A DNA stretch of 64,000 bases, taken from contig QQSK01000013.1 in NCBI GenBank assembly GCA_003602415.1, positions 10,152 to 74,151 of the forward strand. Direction: 5' to 3'. The notes under the pieces are model-generated. The model did no database searches. It saw only the letters and a list, made by a program, of their open reading frames with translations, and was not told the origin of the DNA. The position numbers and the translations under genes are program-made. Of the stretch, positions 40,518 to 49,950 are shown one piece after another. This DNA comes from Candidatus Poseidoniales archaeon (GTDB lineage: Archaea > Thermoplasmatota > Poseidoniia > Poseidoniales > Poseidoniaceae). Numbering within the stretch: the first letter of the stretch is position 1; each line of letters begins with the position of its first letter.

Positions 40518-43500
40518 ATGCCCATGGCCGAAGGTGTCTTCTCTAAGCTCGAGCAGAGTTTGCAGAAGGCTCTTGAAGAGAGAAATTGGTCACCTACTCC
40601 TGTTCAGCAAGCGACGCAAGATGACATTGCTGCAGGTTTAGATAGACTAGTTGTTGCACCGACTGGCTCGGGTAAAACAATGGCAGCGGTTCTACCATTA
40701 TTGGACAGATGTCTTCGAGAAAAATGGACTGGTATGTCCATTCTGTATATCACACCACTTCGCGCACTCAACAGAGACGTGGATAGAAGATTGGAGGAGA
40801 TTACTAGTGCAGTAGGACTACGGTTAGGCCTTAGACATGGAGATACTCCTCAATCAGAACGAACCAAACACGTGAGGAACCCTCCCAATGTGATGATTAC
40901 CACTCCTGAAACATTCCAACTAATGTTCACAGGTTCTAAATTGAGAGAATTACTTCGAACCGTAGAAGCGGTAGTAATCGATGAAGTGCATGAGATGGCT
41001 GATGGTGAGAGGGGTTGGCAACTGTCGGTTGGCCTTTCTAGACTAGAGATTTTCAAAGGCTCAAAGGTCCAAAAAATTGGCCTATCTGCTACGGTAGGAA
41101 ACCCCGTACAAGTTTCTAGATGGTTGTCCAAAGAAGCCAAACCAATAGATGCAGTTGCTCCACGTACCACGGAATTGTCAGTGGATGCAATTATCCAGTC
41201 ACCTGAAGATGAAATCGGCTCTCTTGAATTAGCGATTTCACCTCGTGCCCATGCAACATTAAGAGGTCTAGCCGATATTGTTGCAAAAAAATCCCCTTGC
41301 TTAATTTTCGTAAATTCAAGAAATAGTGCGGAAACAGTTTCACAGCGTTTGCAGGCTATTGCCCCAGATTTGTCAATCGGAGTTCATCATGGCTCTTTAG
41401 CCAAAGAAACGCGAACCAAGATGGAAGATGATCTCAGAAACGGATCCTTACAAGGATTGGTTTGTACTTCAAGTCTAGAATTAGGAATCGATGTAGGAAG
41501 TGTGAATCACATCGTTCAGATTCGCTCACCGCGCTCTGTAGATCGTATGCTTCAGAGAGTTGGTCGTGCAGACCATCGATTAGGAGGTATTGGAAGCGGG
41601 CATTTGTTGAGTTGGGAATGCGATGATATATTCGAATCAGCGGTTATTGCTCGTAAAGCAGTATCGGGTGAAATCGAACCGGTTGAATGGAGAGATATGC
41701 CGCTTTCAGTCGCAGCAAATCAAATTGTAATGATGGTACATAGCCATGGAGCACTACCTATTGATTTGGTAACAGAATCTATCTCCGGTGCATTGCAATT
41801 TGAGAATTGGAATAGAAGCGATACAATTGCTATTGGTAACGTATTGGCTGACCGTTGGGTCATCAGGTGTGTTGAAGACACTTCCACAGTTCCTTGGTAT
41901 AGATGGCCTCACGATGTTTGGCAAGAATTGGTCAGAGTCTCAAAAAAAGCATTACCAGAGCAGCCTAAACTTGCCTTCGATGAAGAACCAAGTGAAGAAT
42001 TAGCAAGGCTGACATTCGAAGTTCCAGCTAAGTTTGCCAAGGGTTGGGTTAGCAGGTCTGGTAAGACTCGTCAGTGGGTTTCACATCATTTATCGATGAT
42101 TCCTGACAAGCAATCTTACAGGGTTCGAGATGCTGTGACACGACAGAGTTTGGGCAATGTGGATGAAGCGTTCGTTCTTTCTCTAAATGATGGAGGGGAA
42201 GACCAAGATGGCAGTCAGCGCAGGTTTGTTATGGCAGGACGTACTTGGATAGTAGTAGACGCAGACCCAGAACAAAACGAGTTACTTGTTGCGCCAGTAT
42301 CAGACCAGGGACATGCTCCACAATGGGTTGGAGAATTACCCCCTACGCCAGCAGATGTTGCTCGAGAAGCAGGGCGATTACGCAGATTGTTTGCAATCGA
42401 TTTAGGTCTCATCAGTGATGAAGAAATCGAAGAACTTGACCCTGCTGAACTCCTCAAAGGTCATTCAGAATTGGATGACTATCCGCTGAATGGAGAGGCT
42501 AAAGGTATTCTAGCAGATGTGATTACAACTCATTTTAATTCAGCAAAAATGATTCCAAGCGAACGTCTGATTACAATCGAAGATCGAGACGAGGCTTTAG
42601 TAATCAATTCATGTCAAGGTAACAGAATCAATGAAGCTCTTGGCCACTATCTCCTAGCTATGGCTAGTACTAGGTCGGGTAAGTGGGGCCGTTTGATAGT
42701 AGAACCATGCAGAATCTCTTTGCAAGTTGGGGGAGTAAGGCCTGCTGAATTGATAGAATGGCTATGCGAAACTCCTCCTGAAGCATTGGAAGGCGTACTT
42801 TCTGTAACACTACCTAATTCCAGAGAAGTAAGATGGAGGTTTGCTCAAATCGCCAAAATCTTTGGTATTTTACGCCACGGCGTGGATCCTCGAAAAATCA
42901 ACATTCAAGCATTGTTGAAAAAATATCGCGGCACGCCTGTAATGCAGGAGGTATTATCCAAACTGTTCCATGAAAGGATGGACATCGTCGGTGCTACAGA
43001 TGTAATGAGGGCGATTCAATCCGGATTGATTGGCCTAGAGGTAACCGCTACTGGACCTTTAGGAATCTCCAGTAGGTCAGAAAAAGATTTGTTGTTGCCC
43101 AATTTCAACAATCAACAGGTCAAAGCAAGATTAGAAGGGCGTTTGATGAACGAGAGAGCTGTTCTTTGTTGTCTCAGATGTACCTCAATCCGTAGGTTTA
43201 GAGTAGCTAGATATCCTGAAATCAACGATTCAAAGAAGTGTTTGAAATGTGGAGGCCAAATGTTGGCTTGTGCGAGAGAGGGGTTGGAGAAACAATTGAT
43301 TGATTGGGTTAAATCAGACGATGAAAAAGTCCGAGACCGTATGATGAAAAATGCCCAATCAGTCGCAAATAGAGGCATGGATGCAATCCTTGCACTCATG
43401 GGTCGTGGAATAGGGGAGGCAACTTGTCAAAGATTGATGCGAAAGGTTCAGCGTGGTGACAAGGATGGTTTGTTAGAAGCGATTCACATTGCAGAAATAG

Positions 43501-43532
43501 AATATGCCAGAACTCGTAGGTTCTGGGGTTAA
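40518..43532 (+). CDS. lhr: Lhr-like SF2 DEAD/DEAH-box helicase
   Basis: It has Walker A VVAPTGSGKT, motif II DEVH, and SAT and helicase C motifs. The C-terminal domain has a Cys4 zinc ribbon (CCLRCTS...CLKCGG). The track's start at 40473 overlaps the upstream gene, so Met 40518 is preferred. Confidence 0.75.
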   Translation: MPMAEGVFSKLEQSLQKALEERNWSPTPVQQATQDDIAAGLDRLVVAPTGSGKTMAAVLPLLDRCLREKWTGMSILYITPLRALNRDVDRRLEEITSAVGLRLGLRHGDTPQSERTKHVRNPPNVMITTPETFQLMFTGSKLRELLRTVEAVVIDEVHEMADGERGWQLSVGLSRLEIFKGSKVQKIGLSATVGNPVQVSRWLSKEAKPIDAVAPRTTELSVDAIIQSPEDEIGSLELAISPRAHATLRGLADIVAKKSPCLIFVNSRNSAETVSQRLQAIAPDLSIGVHHGSLAKETRTKMEDDLRNGSLQGLVCTSSLELGIDVGSVNHIVQIRSPRSVDRMLQRVGRADHRLGGIGSGHLLSWECDDIFESAVIARKAVSGEIEPVEWRDMPLSVAANQIVMMVHSHGALPIDLVTESISGALQFENWNRSDTIAIGNVLADRWVIRCVEDTSTVPWYRWPHDVWQELVRVSKKALPEQPKLAFDEEPSEELARLTFEVPAKFAKGWVSRSGKTRQWVSHHLSMIPDKQSYRVRDAVTRQSLGNVDEAFVLSLNDGGEDQDGSQRRFVMAGRTWIVVDADPEQNELLVAPVSDQGHAPQWVGELPPTPADVAREAGRLRRLFAIDLGLISDEEIEELDPAELLKGHSELDDYPLNGEAKGILADVITTHFNSAKMIPSERLITIEDRDEALVINSCQGNRINEALGHYLLAMASTRSGKWGRLIVEPCRISLQVGGVRPAELIEWLCETPPEALEGVLSVTLPNSREVRWRFAQIAKIFGILRHGVDPRKINIQALLKKYRGTPVMQEVLSKLFHERMDIVGATDVMRAIQSGLIGLEVTATGPLGISSRSEKDLLLPNFNNQQVKARLEGRLMNERAVLCCLRCTSIRRFRVARYPEINDSKKCLKCGGQMLACAREGLEKQLIDWVKSDDEKVRDRMMKNAQSVANRGMDAILALMGRGIGEATCQRLMRKVQRGDKDGLLEAIHIAEIEYARTRRFWG

Positions 43533-44683
43533 TCAGAATCTAGTTCCAACAAGTTAACTCTCTTGGCAGCCTCGACAACATCTCCTTCTTCCCACCAGTC
43601 CACAGCGATGAATGTAGGCCTCTTGCCATGGGTGTCAATACATTCGATGGCCCTATCGACCATGAAATCAACATCATTCGCCTCACCAGCACGGGTAGGG
43701 TCAGATAGTCCAGCTTGATTCTTCAACCAATTATTCATGTGAAATGCTGGTTGATTAGAATCTCCTCTCAATGGTTCACAATCCATAGACGCAGTGTCAT
43801 CATCCGCATAATTGGTAGTCCAACTGTGAGTCAAGAAATCATGGAAATATGGGTGTGCTGAATCACCAGGTTGTTCCCAGAATACAACCAATCGCTTGTC
43901 CATGTTTATCATTTCAATCAATGTAGGCCATTCTGCATTCATCTCATGTATATACATTTGATCCGTAAGTCCCACGTCATCAAAAATTTCCTTCAGGTGG
44001 TCTCCTTCTACGTGATTCTCAATAAGTAAAGTCACGATGTCACGGTCTTCGCTACTCATTTCAGATTCTAATTTGTTCAACCAGTTCCAAGGGTCGACAG
44101 CGCCATATGTACAGGGGCTAAATCCTCTATCTGAATCTCCATGACAGAATCGAACTTGAGACACGCTTTGGTCTGCAGTTGTTAGATAATGTGTATCGAG
44201 CATGAATGCTCTCATTCCAGCATTCCATTGTGCTTGGAAGCCAGTTCGATGATTGCTTGCAGGGTAGTAGATATTATCCTCATGTGTCGAGAAGGAATTA
44301 TGAGTTTCAGGGAAAGTCACTTGGTCGTATGTTCTGTGACAAAGAATAACCAAACCGTTACACGGGATGGTCTCTAGATATTGACAGGTACCATCGTCTT
44401 GGGTAGCGTTTGAATCATAATTTTCTGCTTCAGAATCTGTGCATCCTAGAACAGGTTCGGGTTCAGGCTCCTCATATTCGCACGAACCATCATCTTCCTC
44501 TGCCTCCGGATTGTAATTTTCAGCATCGGAGTCCGTACAACCTCGTATGATTTCAGCCTCAACGATTTCTTCGTTTTGCGAATCATCTTCACTATTCAAA
44601 TCGTCAAGATAAGTACATCCAGGTAGAAGTAGCAAACTTATCGCTACCAGAACCTTGAATGTGTCCATAGTACACATGGCCAC
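43529..44683 (-). CDS. Secreted lipoprotein with N-terminal tandem Cys-containing acidic repeats and a PI-PLC X-box-like phosphodiesterase domain
   Basis: It has a signal and lipobox (LLLLPGCTY). Two ~25-aa repeats read GCTDSDAENYNPEAEEDDGSCEYEE and GCTDSEAENYDSNATQDDGTCQYLE. FPETHNSFSTH...RAFMLDTHY resembles the PLC-like catalytic His motifs. Confidence 0.4.
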   Translation of the reverse strand: MAMCTMDTFKVLVAISLLLLPGCTYLDDLNSEDDSQNEEIVEAEIIRGCTDSDAENYNPEAEEDDGSCEYEEPEPEPVLGCTDSEAENYDSNATQDDGTCQYLETIPCNGLVILCHRTYDQVTFPETHNSFSTHEDNIYYPASNHRTGFQAQWNAGMRAFMLDTHYLTTADQSVSQVRFCHGDSDRGFSPCTYGAVDPWNWLNKLESEMSSEDRDIVTLLIENHVEGDHLKEIFDDVGLTDQMYIHEMNAEWPTLIEMINMDKRLVVFWEQPGDSAHPYFHDFLTHSWTTNYADDDTASMDCEPLRGDSNQPAFHMNNWLKNQAGLSDPTRAGEANDVDFMVDRAIECIDTHGKRPTFIAVDWWEEGDVVEAAKRVNLLELDSD

Positions 44684-44706
44684 GGTATTGGATTTGAAAC
44701 CACCGT

Positions 44707-45189
44707 CTAAAATCGTGGGTCTTTAGGCCCATCTGTGCGTCTAATAGCAACTCCATGCTCAATCAGATAGTCCACCCCATTGACTCCACCAAAACCGCCA
44801 TCGACGATTATGACTTGTCCTATTCCTGCGTGATGAATTAGTTTAGCACACATCATACAAGGTTCTCCAGTAACCAACAACCATGCGTTATTGGTAGGAA
44901 CTCCATTAGCGGCTGCGTTGCAGATAAGATTCATTTCGGCATGGTGGCATCCTATTTCGACTCTAGTGCCAGATTCGACTTGCATAGTATCTCGTAGACA
45001 CTCATCGCCTCCACAAAGTTCTCCTCCGCCTCGAGGGCCACCATTGTATCCATCCATCAGAACTACGTTTCTTTTTGGATCTACCAAAAGAGCTCCAAAT
45101 TTTCGTCGAGGACAGTTACTAGCCTTTGCTAGGGCAAGACATTGTTCGATACGAATAGCAAGATGCTTGTCCTTCATCGGTTGACCCAA
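44707..45189 (-). CDS. dCMP/CMP deaminase family zinc enzyme
   Basis: It has the zinc-binding motifs HAEMNLI and PCMMCAKLI. The upstream Cys-rich region fits dCMP deaminase. TadA-like tRNA deaminase is not excluded. Confidence 0.55.
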   Translation of the reverse strand: MGQPMKDKHLAIRIEQCLALAKASNCPRRKFGALLVDPKRNVVLMDGYNGGPRGGGELCGGDECLRDTMQVESGTRVEIGCHHAEMNLICNAAANGVPTNNAWLLVTGEPCMMCAKLIHHAGIGQVIIVDGGFGGVNGVDYLIEHGVAIRRTDGPKDPRF

Positions 45190-45203
45190 ACCGATTCACT
45201 TCA

Positions 45204-46361
45204 TCAAATTATGTCGGCATCTAATCCAAGGTGAGATAGGATATTTCCACATAAGTAAAGTGAGCCAGTTACTAGAATCAAATCACATTCTGCGGTAAAT
45301 GATTCTATTGCAGTGCTAGGTTTTTCAATATGTTTAGCACCCTCTATTGGTGCTATAACTCCAGGGTATCTGCCTTCCTGAGGTTCAGTAGTAATCACTT
45401 CGACAGGAGGATGTTCAATCATCAGCCGAAATAGAGGATTTAGAAATGAATTCATATCTTGCTGAGGGGATGTTCCAAACAATAACGACCATCTTTCTGG
45501 CAAAACCTTGGCAATTTCAGGAATCGCTCTTAGCATACCACTTGGATTATGTGCGGCTTCTAGTAGATAGTTCGGATTCCCAGGAACAAATTGCATTCTA
45601 GCCGGCCATTGTATGGGTCTCCTAACAAATGAATACCCAATCATCGCACAGAGCCTTTCAGCTAAATCGCCGGCTTCTTCCATGAAAGTAGTTGATTGAG
45701 GAGAGTAAAATCTTGCACTAATCGCCTCTTCTCTCATCGCATTTCTCACTCTGGGAGAACCAGGGTCTCTGATGAGCATAGGGACACCACTTCTCCATAT
45801 CGCCGCTTTTTCTCGAGCGACTTTTTCGATAGTATCGCCCAATATGTCGCTATGCTCTAAACTAACAGAAGTGACCAAGCAACCTACGACCTCTGCACTT
45901 CTTGTGGCATCTAATCTGCCACCTAATCCTGTTTCAAGTACCATTATCGATGCTCCGGCATCTCTGCATGAAAGCAATGAAACAAGATAGGTAATCTCGA
46001 AGAAAGTCAATTCCATTTCTAAAGCTCTAACCGTTTCTAGAGCCTTGTCAAATTCCTCACTGGAAATCGATTTTCCATTCATTCGAACTCTTTCTTCAAT
46101 TTTGATTAAATGAGGCGAAGAAAACAGTCCTACCCTATATCCGGCTCTAACCAATCCCGCAACCAGTTGAGCACAAGCACTTCCTTTGCCATTCGACCCA
46201 GCAACATGGATGCAATCCATGCTCTTATCTGGGCGGCCAAGGGCTTCGAGTGCATCGTTTACTCTTTCTAATCCAAGCGACATACCCTTGGATTTTGAAG
46301 AGAATAACCACTCTCTAACTTCCTGCATAGTGTTTGGCCCCGTAGGGGCCAGACCATCCAA
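45204..46361 (-). CDS. folC: Folylpolyglutamate/dihydrofolate synthase-like Mur ligase (FolC)
   Basis: It has the P-loop HVAGSNGKGS and the FolC-like N-terminus ...WLF...LGLERV. The start may be the internal Met at 46328. Confidence 0.6.
   Translation of the reverse strand: MDGLAPTGPNTMQEVREWLFSSKSKGMSLGLERVNDALEALGRPDKSMDCIHVAGSNGKGSACAQLVAGLVRAGYRVGLFSSPHLIKIEERVRMNGKSISSEEFDKALETVRALEMELTFFEITYLVSLLSCRDAGASIMVLETGLGGRLDATRSAEVVGCLVTSVSLEHSDILGDTIEKVAREKAAIWRSGVPMLIRDPGSPRVRNAMREEAISARFYSPQSTTFMEEAGDLAERLCAMIGYSFVRRPIQWPARMQFVPGNPNYLLEAAHNPSGMLRAIPEIAKVLPERWSLLFGTSPQQDMNSFLNPLFRLMIEHPPVEVITTEPQEGRYPGVIAPIEGAKHIEKPSTAIESFTAECDLILVTGSLYLCGNILSHLGLDADII
46336..46350. promoter_or_regulatory. 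Hairpin GGCCCC-GTA-GGGGCC at the folC 5' end and upstream of the presenilin-like gene
   Basis: It has a 6-bp stem. It lies either inside the first 9 codons of folC (with start 46361) or 8 nt upstream of it (with start 46328). It is 47 nt upstream of the + strand gene at 46397. Confidence 0.25.
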
Positions 46362-46396
46362 TGATTAGAAAACCACCCTCACTCTCGGTGTAAAGC

Positions 46397-48652
46397 ATGG
46401 GAGAGTCTGCATCACAGGACCATGTCAAGCGCGTAGAACGTGAATTGGCTAAAGAAGAGAGTCTTCTATCGAAAATGATTGAGCAGGCTCCGGGCATGTT
46501 AGGCATGGCTGGAATGTTCATCGTCACCATATTGTTGGGCATTTGGTTACAACCTTGGTTCAATTCTGCAGGGTTACAAGCCTTTGGTGAATCCGGTTCA
46601 ACACAAGTTCGGTGGATTGCTCTTGAATTGGTAGCAATTTTTGCCTTCACTTTCCTAATCCTGTGGCTTGCAAAAAACCATCTTCAGCATTTGATTAAGT
46701 ATGGTTTGTTATTCGTTTTATTCCTAGCACTTTGCTATACAACTGTGCCAGGAGCACATATCTTGCTAGTTCCTGAAATCGAAACCGAAGCCTTCGTTTT
46801 CTCTGAAGAAAATGAAATCGAAGAAGAGTTGATTGCAGTAATTTCTGATGGTTCTACAATTACTCACAAGGCCATCTATGCTGAAAATGCATCCAACCAT
46901 AGCCTACAAGTTTCGAAGAGGGGGATTGATTCATCTCTCAATTGGACCATAGAATTGAATGCCTTCCCCGGCGTTCCAAATCAATTCGCAATCACTGAAG
47001 GCGAGTATGGATTTACTGTCAACAATAATGCTTGGATTTGGACACTTGACAAATCAACAGGCACAGTTCTCAGCAAATATGCGTGCTTTGAGTTAGAAAA
47101 CTGGAATGGAACATTCGTAAATGCTACTGAGGACCCATCGATTGGGGCTTGTGTCACGGCTCTCGAAGTTATCGAAGATCCTGATGCTGATGTAGGGCAG
47201 GCCAAAGGTGCACTGTACATCACTACCGCTGCAAACACAATAGTTAGGACAGCAACATTTGCCGACTCTTTTGTGGATAACGAATTCGTAGATGACGCTG
47301 GCATTCACCGCTTTGAAGCACAGTGGTCATTCCCTCAATTGCAATTAAACGACAAAATTATTGAAAACCGTCAATATGATGAAGACAGTTTGTTACTAGC
47401 AACTCCAGTTGGGGTTGCTATGATTGAATTAGAACAATCTGCAGCTATATTCCCAGGCCCTGGGCCTGCGCCAAGCGGTTGGGTCGATCAATGCAGTCTA
47501 GAATGGATTTACACTGCTGATTCTAATCCAATAACTGCATTTGAAGTTGTTACTAGCCCATGGGATGATGAACAAAACCTAGCAATGGTTGGCCAACTGC
47601 AAGGAGAGATTAGTGCATGGATTATCGATGATGATATCGATGAGTTCTTCGAAGAAGAAGAACGGTTTCGTGGAGATGATGCATTTACTGGCCCAATCAT
47701 CGATATTGTAGGTGCCGACTTAGACGGAGAATTTGGGGATGAACTTTGGATTGCAGACGGAGATGGAATTCACGGTTTGTTCTATTCCTCACTCATCGAA
47801 TATGTTACCATCGATGCTGAACTTGAAGTAAATGATTCGATTTCAGTAAATGGCTTTGATGTTCAGACAATCAGTTATGGTGAATATAACGACTCTCAAG
47901 GAAACCCATTGTTCTCAATGGAAGTTTCAAGCGGAGTATTCGACCCAGATACAATGTACAACTCATACGGAATTGAGTGGGATAATACTGCATTCTTCCT
48001 TGGAATCGGTTTAGCAGTGTTACTAATGGTGGCTTTGATCATTAGGCCAGAATGGTATGTGGTGAATACGGTCGGCGTTCTTGTTGGTGCAGGTGTAATC
48101 GTAATGCTAGGAGTAACATTTGTTCCTACTTTGATTGTAATCTTCATGGTACTAGCAGCGATTTATGACGCATGGGCGGTCTACCGTTCCAAGCACATGC
48201 TCGACCTTGCAGATACAATGATTGGACTAAATCTTCCAATCTTATTGGTTGCTCCTCAAGAGTCTGGATATTCGATGCTAGATAACAATGAGAGCATCAG
48301 GCCATCTGAAGATACCGTTATTGTAAGCGAGAAAACAGATGCTCCTGTCAAGAAAACCATGGTCAAGCGAAAGAAGCCAAAGGAAGCGATGTTCATGGGA
48401 TTGGGCGACGTTATATTCCCTGGTATGCTGGTAATTTCTTGTGTAAATTTCATTGCGACCGATGGCTTGGCTATTGGAATTTCAGCCTTGATTGGAGGTC
48501 TCGTAGGATATCTAGTATTGATGGGATATGTAGCATCGGGTAGACCACAAGCCGGACTACCTCTCTTGAACGGCGGTGCGATACTTGGTTACATCATCGG
48601 AGGCTTACTCTTCGTTGGTAGTGCGGCCTTTTCGTTTGGTATTTCTTTGTAG
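46397..48652 (+). CDS. Presenilin/signal-peptide-peptidase-like (A22) intramembrane aspartyl protease with a ~400-aa ectodomain insertion
   Basis: The catalytic YD motif (LAAIYDAWAVY) and GLGD motif (FMGLGDVIFPGM) sit in consecutive TM helices. A charged cytoplasmic loop (KKTMVKRKKPKE) separates them. A PAL-like motif (QAGLPLL) lies in the final TM region. A large hydrophilic domain lies between the N-terminal TM helices and the catalytic core. Confidence 0.55.
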   Translation: MGESASQDHVKRVERELAKEESLLSKMIEQAPGMLGMAGMFIVTILLGIWLQPWFNSAGLQAFGESGSTQVRWIALELVAIFAFTFLILWLAKNHLQHLIKYGLLFVLFLALCYTTVPGAHILLVPEIETEAFVFSEENEIEEELIAVISDGSTITHKAIYAENASNHSLQVSKRGIDSSLNWTIELNAFPGVPNQFAITEGEYGFTVNNNAWIWTLDKSTGTVLSKYACFELENWNGTFVNATEDPSIGACVTALEVIEDPDADVGQAKGALYITTAANTIVRTATFADSFVDNEFVDDAGIHRFEAQWSFPQLQLNDKIIENRQYDEDSLLLATPVGVAMIELEQSAAIFPGPGPAPSGWVDQCSLEWIYTADSNPITAFEVVTSPWDDEQNLAMVGQLQGEISAWIIDDDIDEFFEEEERFRGDDAFTGPIIDIVGADLDGEFGDELWIADGDGIHGLFYSSLIEYVTIDAELEVNDSISVNGFDVQTISYGEYNDSQGNPLFSMEVSSGVFDPDTMYNSYGIEWDNTAFFLGIGLAVLLMVALIIRPEWYVVNTVGVLVGAGVIVMLGVTFVPTLIVIFMVLAAIYDAWAVYRSKHMLDLADTMIGLNLPILLVAPQESGYSMLDNNESIRPSEDTVIVSEKTDAPVKKTMVKRKKPKEAMFMGLGDVIFPGMLVISCVNFIATDGLAIGISALIGGLVGYLVLMGYVASGRPQAGLPLLNGGAILGYIIGGLLFVGSAAFSFGISL

Positions 48653-48662
48653 GTGAAATGAA

Positions 48663-49946
48663 ATGTTGAGCATTGATTTATTTCGCAATGAATCCGATAA
48701 GATTCGTGCTGACCATGATAAACGTGGTTTGCCGCACGATAGAATCGATCAGGTAATCGATTTAGATCAGCAATGGCGAAATGCTCTCAAGGACATGGAA
48801 GATGGTCGTAGAGAGAGAAATCAAGCGGCCAAAGGAATCGCTGAAGCAAAAAAGAGCGGTAACAAGGAAGAAGCGGATAGAATCATGGCACAAGTCAAAG
48901 ATTTGGGAGATAGGATTTCTGCTCTTGATGAGAAAGCAAACAGTTTGCTTGAACAGAGAGATAGCATTAGAATGCGAATCCCAAACCTTCTGCATCAAGC
49001 CGTCCCAGTTGGCGATGATGAATCAGGAAATACTCAGCATTCCTTACATGGTGAAAAGCCAGAATTCACTTTTGAGCCTAGAACTCATAATGAATTGATA
49101 GAGATGAACAAATGGGTCGATTTAGAAAGAGCTGCAAAGATAGCAGGCAGCCGTTTCTTCTTTTTGAAAGGTGATTTAGCACGTCTTGAATTAGCCCTTC
49201 AATCCTATGCGGTTGATTTCTTGATAAACCGCGGTTTCACCTTTGTGCAGCCACCGGTTATGATGAATAGAGCGGCTTACGAAGGAGTTACTGATTTATC
49301 AGATTTCGAGACTGTGATGTACGGTATTACTCCAGACCCTCTATACATGATTGCTACCAGCGAACACCCACTGACTTCAATGTACATGGACGAGGTATTG
49401 GAGCCAAGTTTACTTCCAATCAAGATGGTTGGAGTTAGCCCTTGTTTCCGCAGAGAAGTAGGCGCACACGGTCTTTCAGACAGAGGTATTTGGCGTGTTC
49501 ACCAGTTCACCAAGATCGAGCAAATTGTCATCACTCATCCAGATGATTCTTGGGATCATCATGAGGATTTATTACAGAACTGTGTCGACCTTTGGGATGC
49601 ATTAGGTTTGCATTATGAAGTTGTCAACATTTGTACAGGAGATATGGGTACAGTGGCTGCTAGAAAGTACGACCTAGAAGCTTGGCTACCTGGTGCTAAA
49701 GCATTCAAGGAGATTGTATCATGTTCAAATTGCACAGACTATCAAGCGAATCGATTGAGAATGCGTTATCGCACTAGCGAGGGCAATGAGGCAGTCCACA
49801 CACTAAATTCTACAGCAGTTGCTACAAGCCGTGCATTGGTTGCAATTATGGAACAGAACCAACAGGAAGATGGCAGAGTCAAGATTCCCGAATGTCTAGT
49901 TTCATTGATGGGAGGTAAAACCCATCTCGAACCAAGTAGGTGGTGA
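48663..49946 (+). CDS. serS: Seryl-tRNA synthetase
   Basis: It has an N-terminal coiled-coil arm and class II aaRS core motifs (FRRE..., GLSDRGIWRVHQF). The length is 427 aa. Confidence 0.8.
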   Translation: MLSIDLFRNESDKIRADHDKRGLPHDRIDQVIDLDQQWRNALKDMEDGRRERNQAAKGIAEAKKSGNKEEADRIMAQVKDLGDRISALDEKANSLLEQRDSIRMRIPNLLHQAVPVGDDESGNTQHSLHGEKPEFTFEPRTHNELIEMNKWVDLERAAKIAGSRFFFLKGDLARLELALQSYAVDFLINRGFTFVQPPVMMNRAAYEGVTDLSDFETVMYGITPDPLYMIATSEHPLTSMYMDEVLEPSLLPIKMVGVSPCFRREVGAHGLSDRGIWRVHQFTKIEQIVITHPDDSWDHHEDLLQNCVDLWDALGLHYEVVNICTGDMGTVAARKYDLEAWLPGAKAFKEIVSCSNCTDYQANRLRMRYRTSEGNEAVHTLNSTAVATSRALVAIMEQNQQEDGRVKIPECLVSLMGGKTHLEPSRW

Positions 49947-49950
49947 TGAA

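Noticed and set aside
46336-46350. Whether the GGCCCC-GTA-GGGGCC palindrome is simply coding sequence for the folC N-terminus (MDGLAPTGP).
   Set aside because: This is not fully rejected. Alignment to E. coli FolC suggests the conserved region begins at ...EWLF... . An internal start at 46328 would therefore place the hairpin in the leader, as at the other loci. It is kept as a low-confidence regulatory feature.
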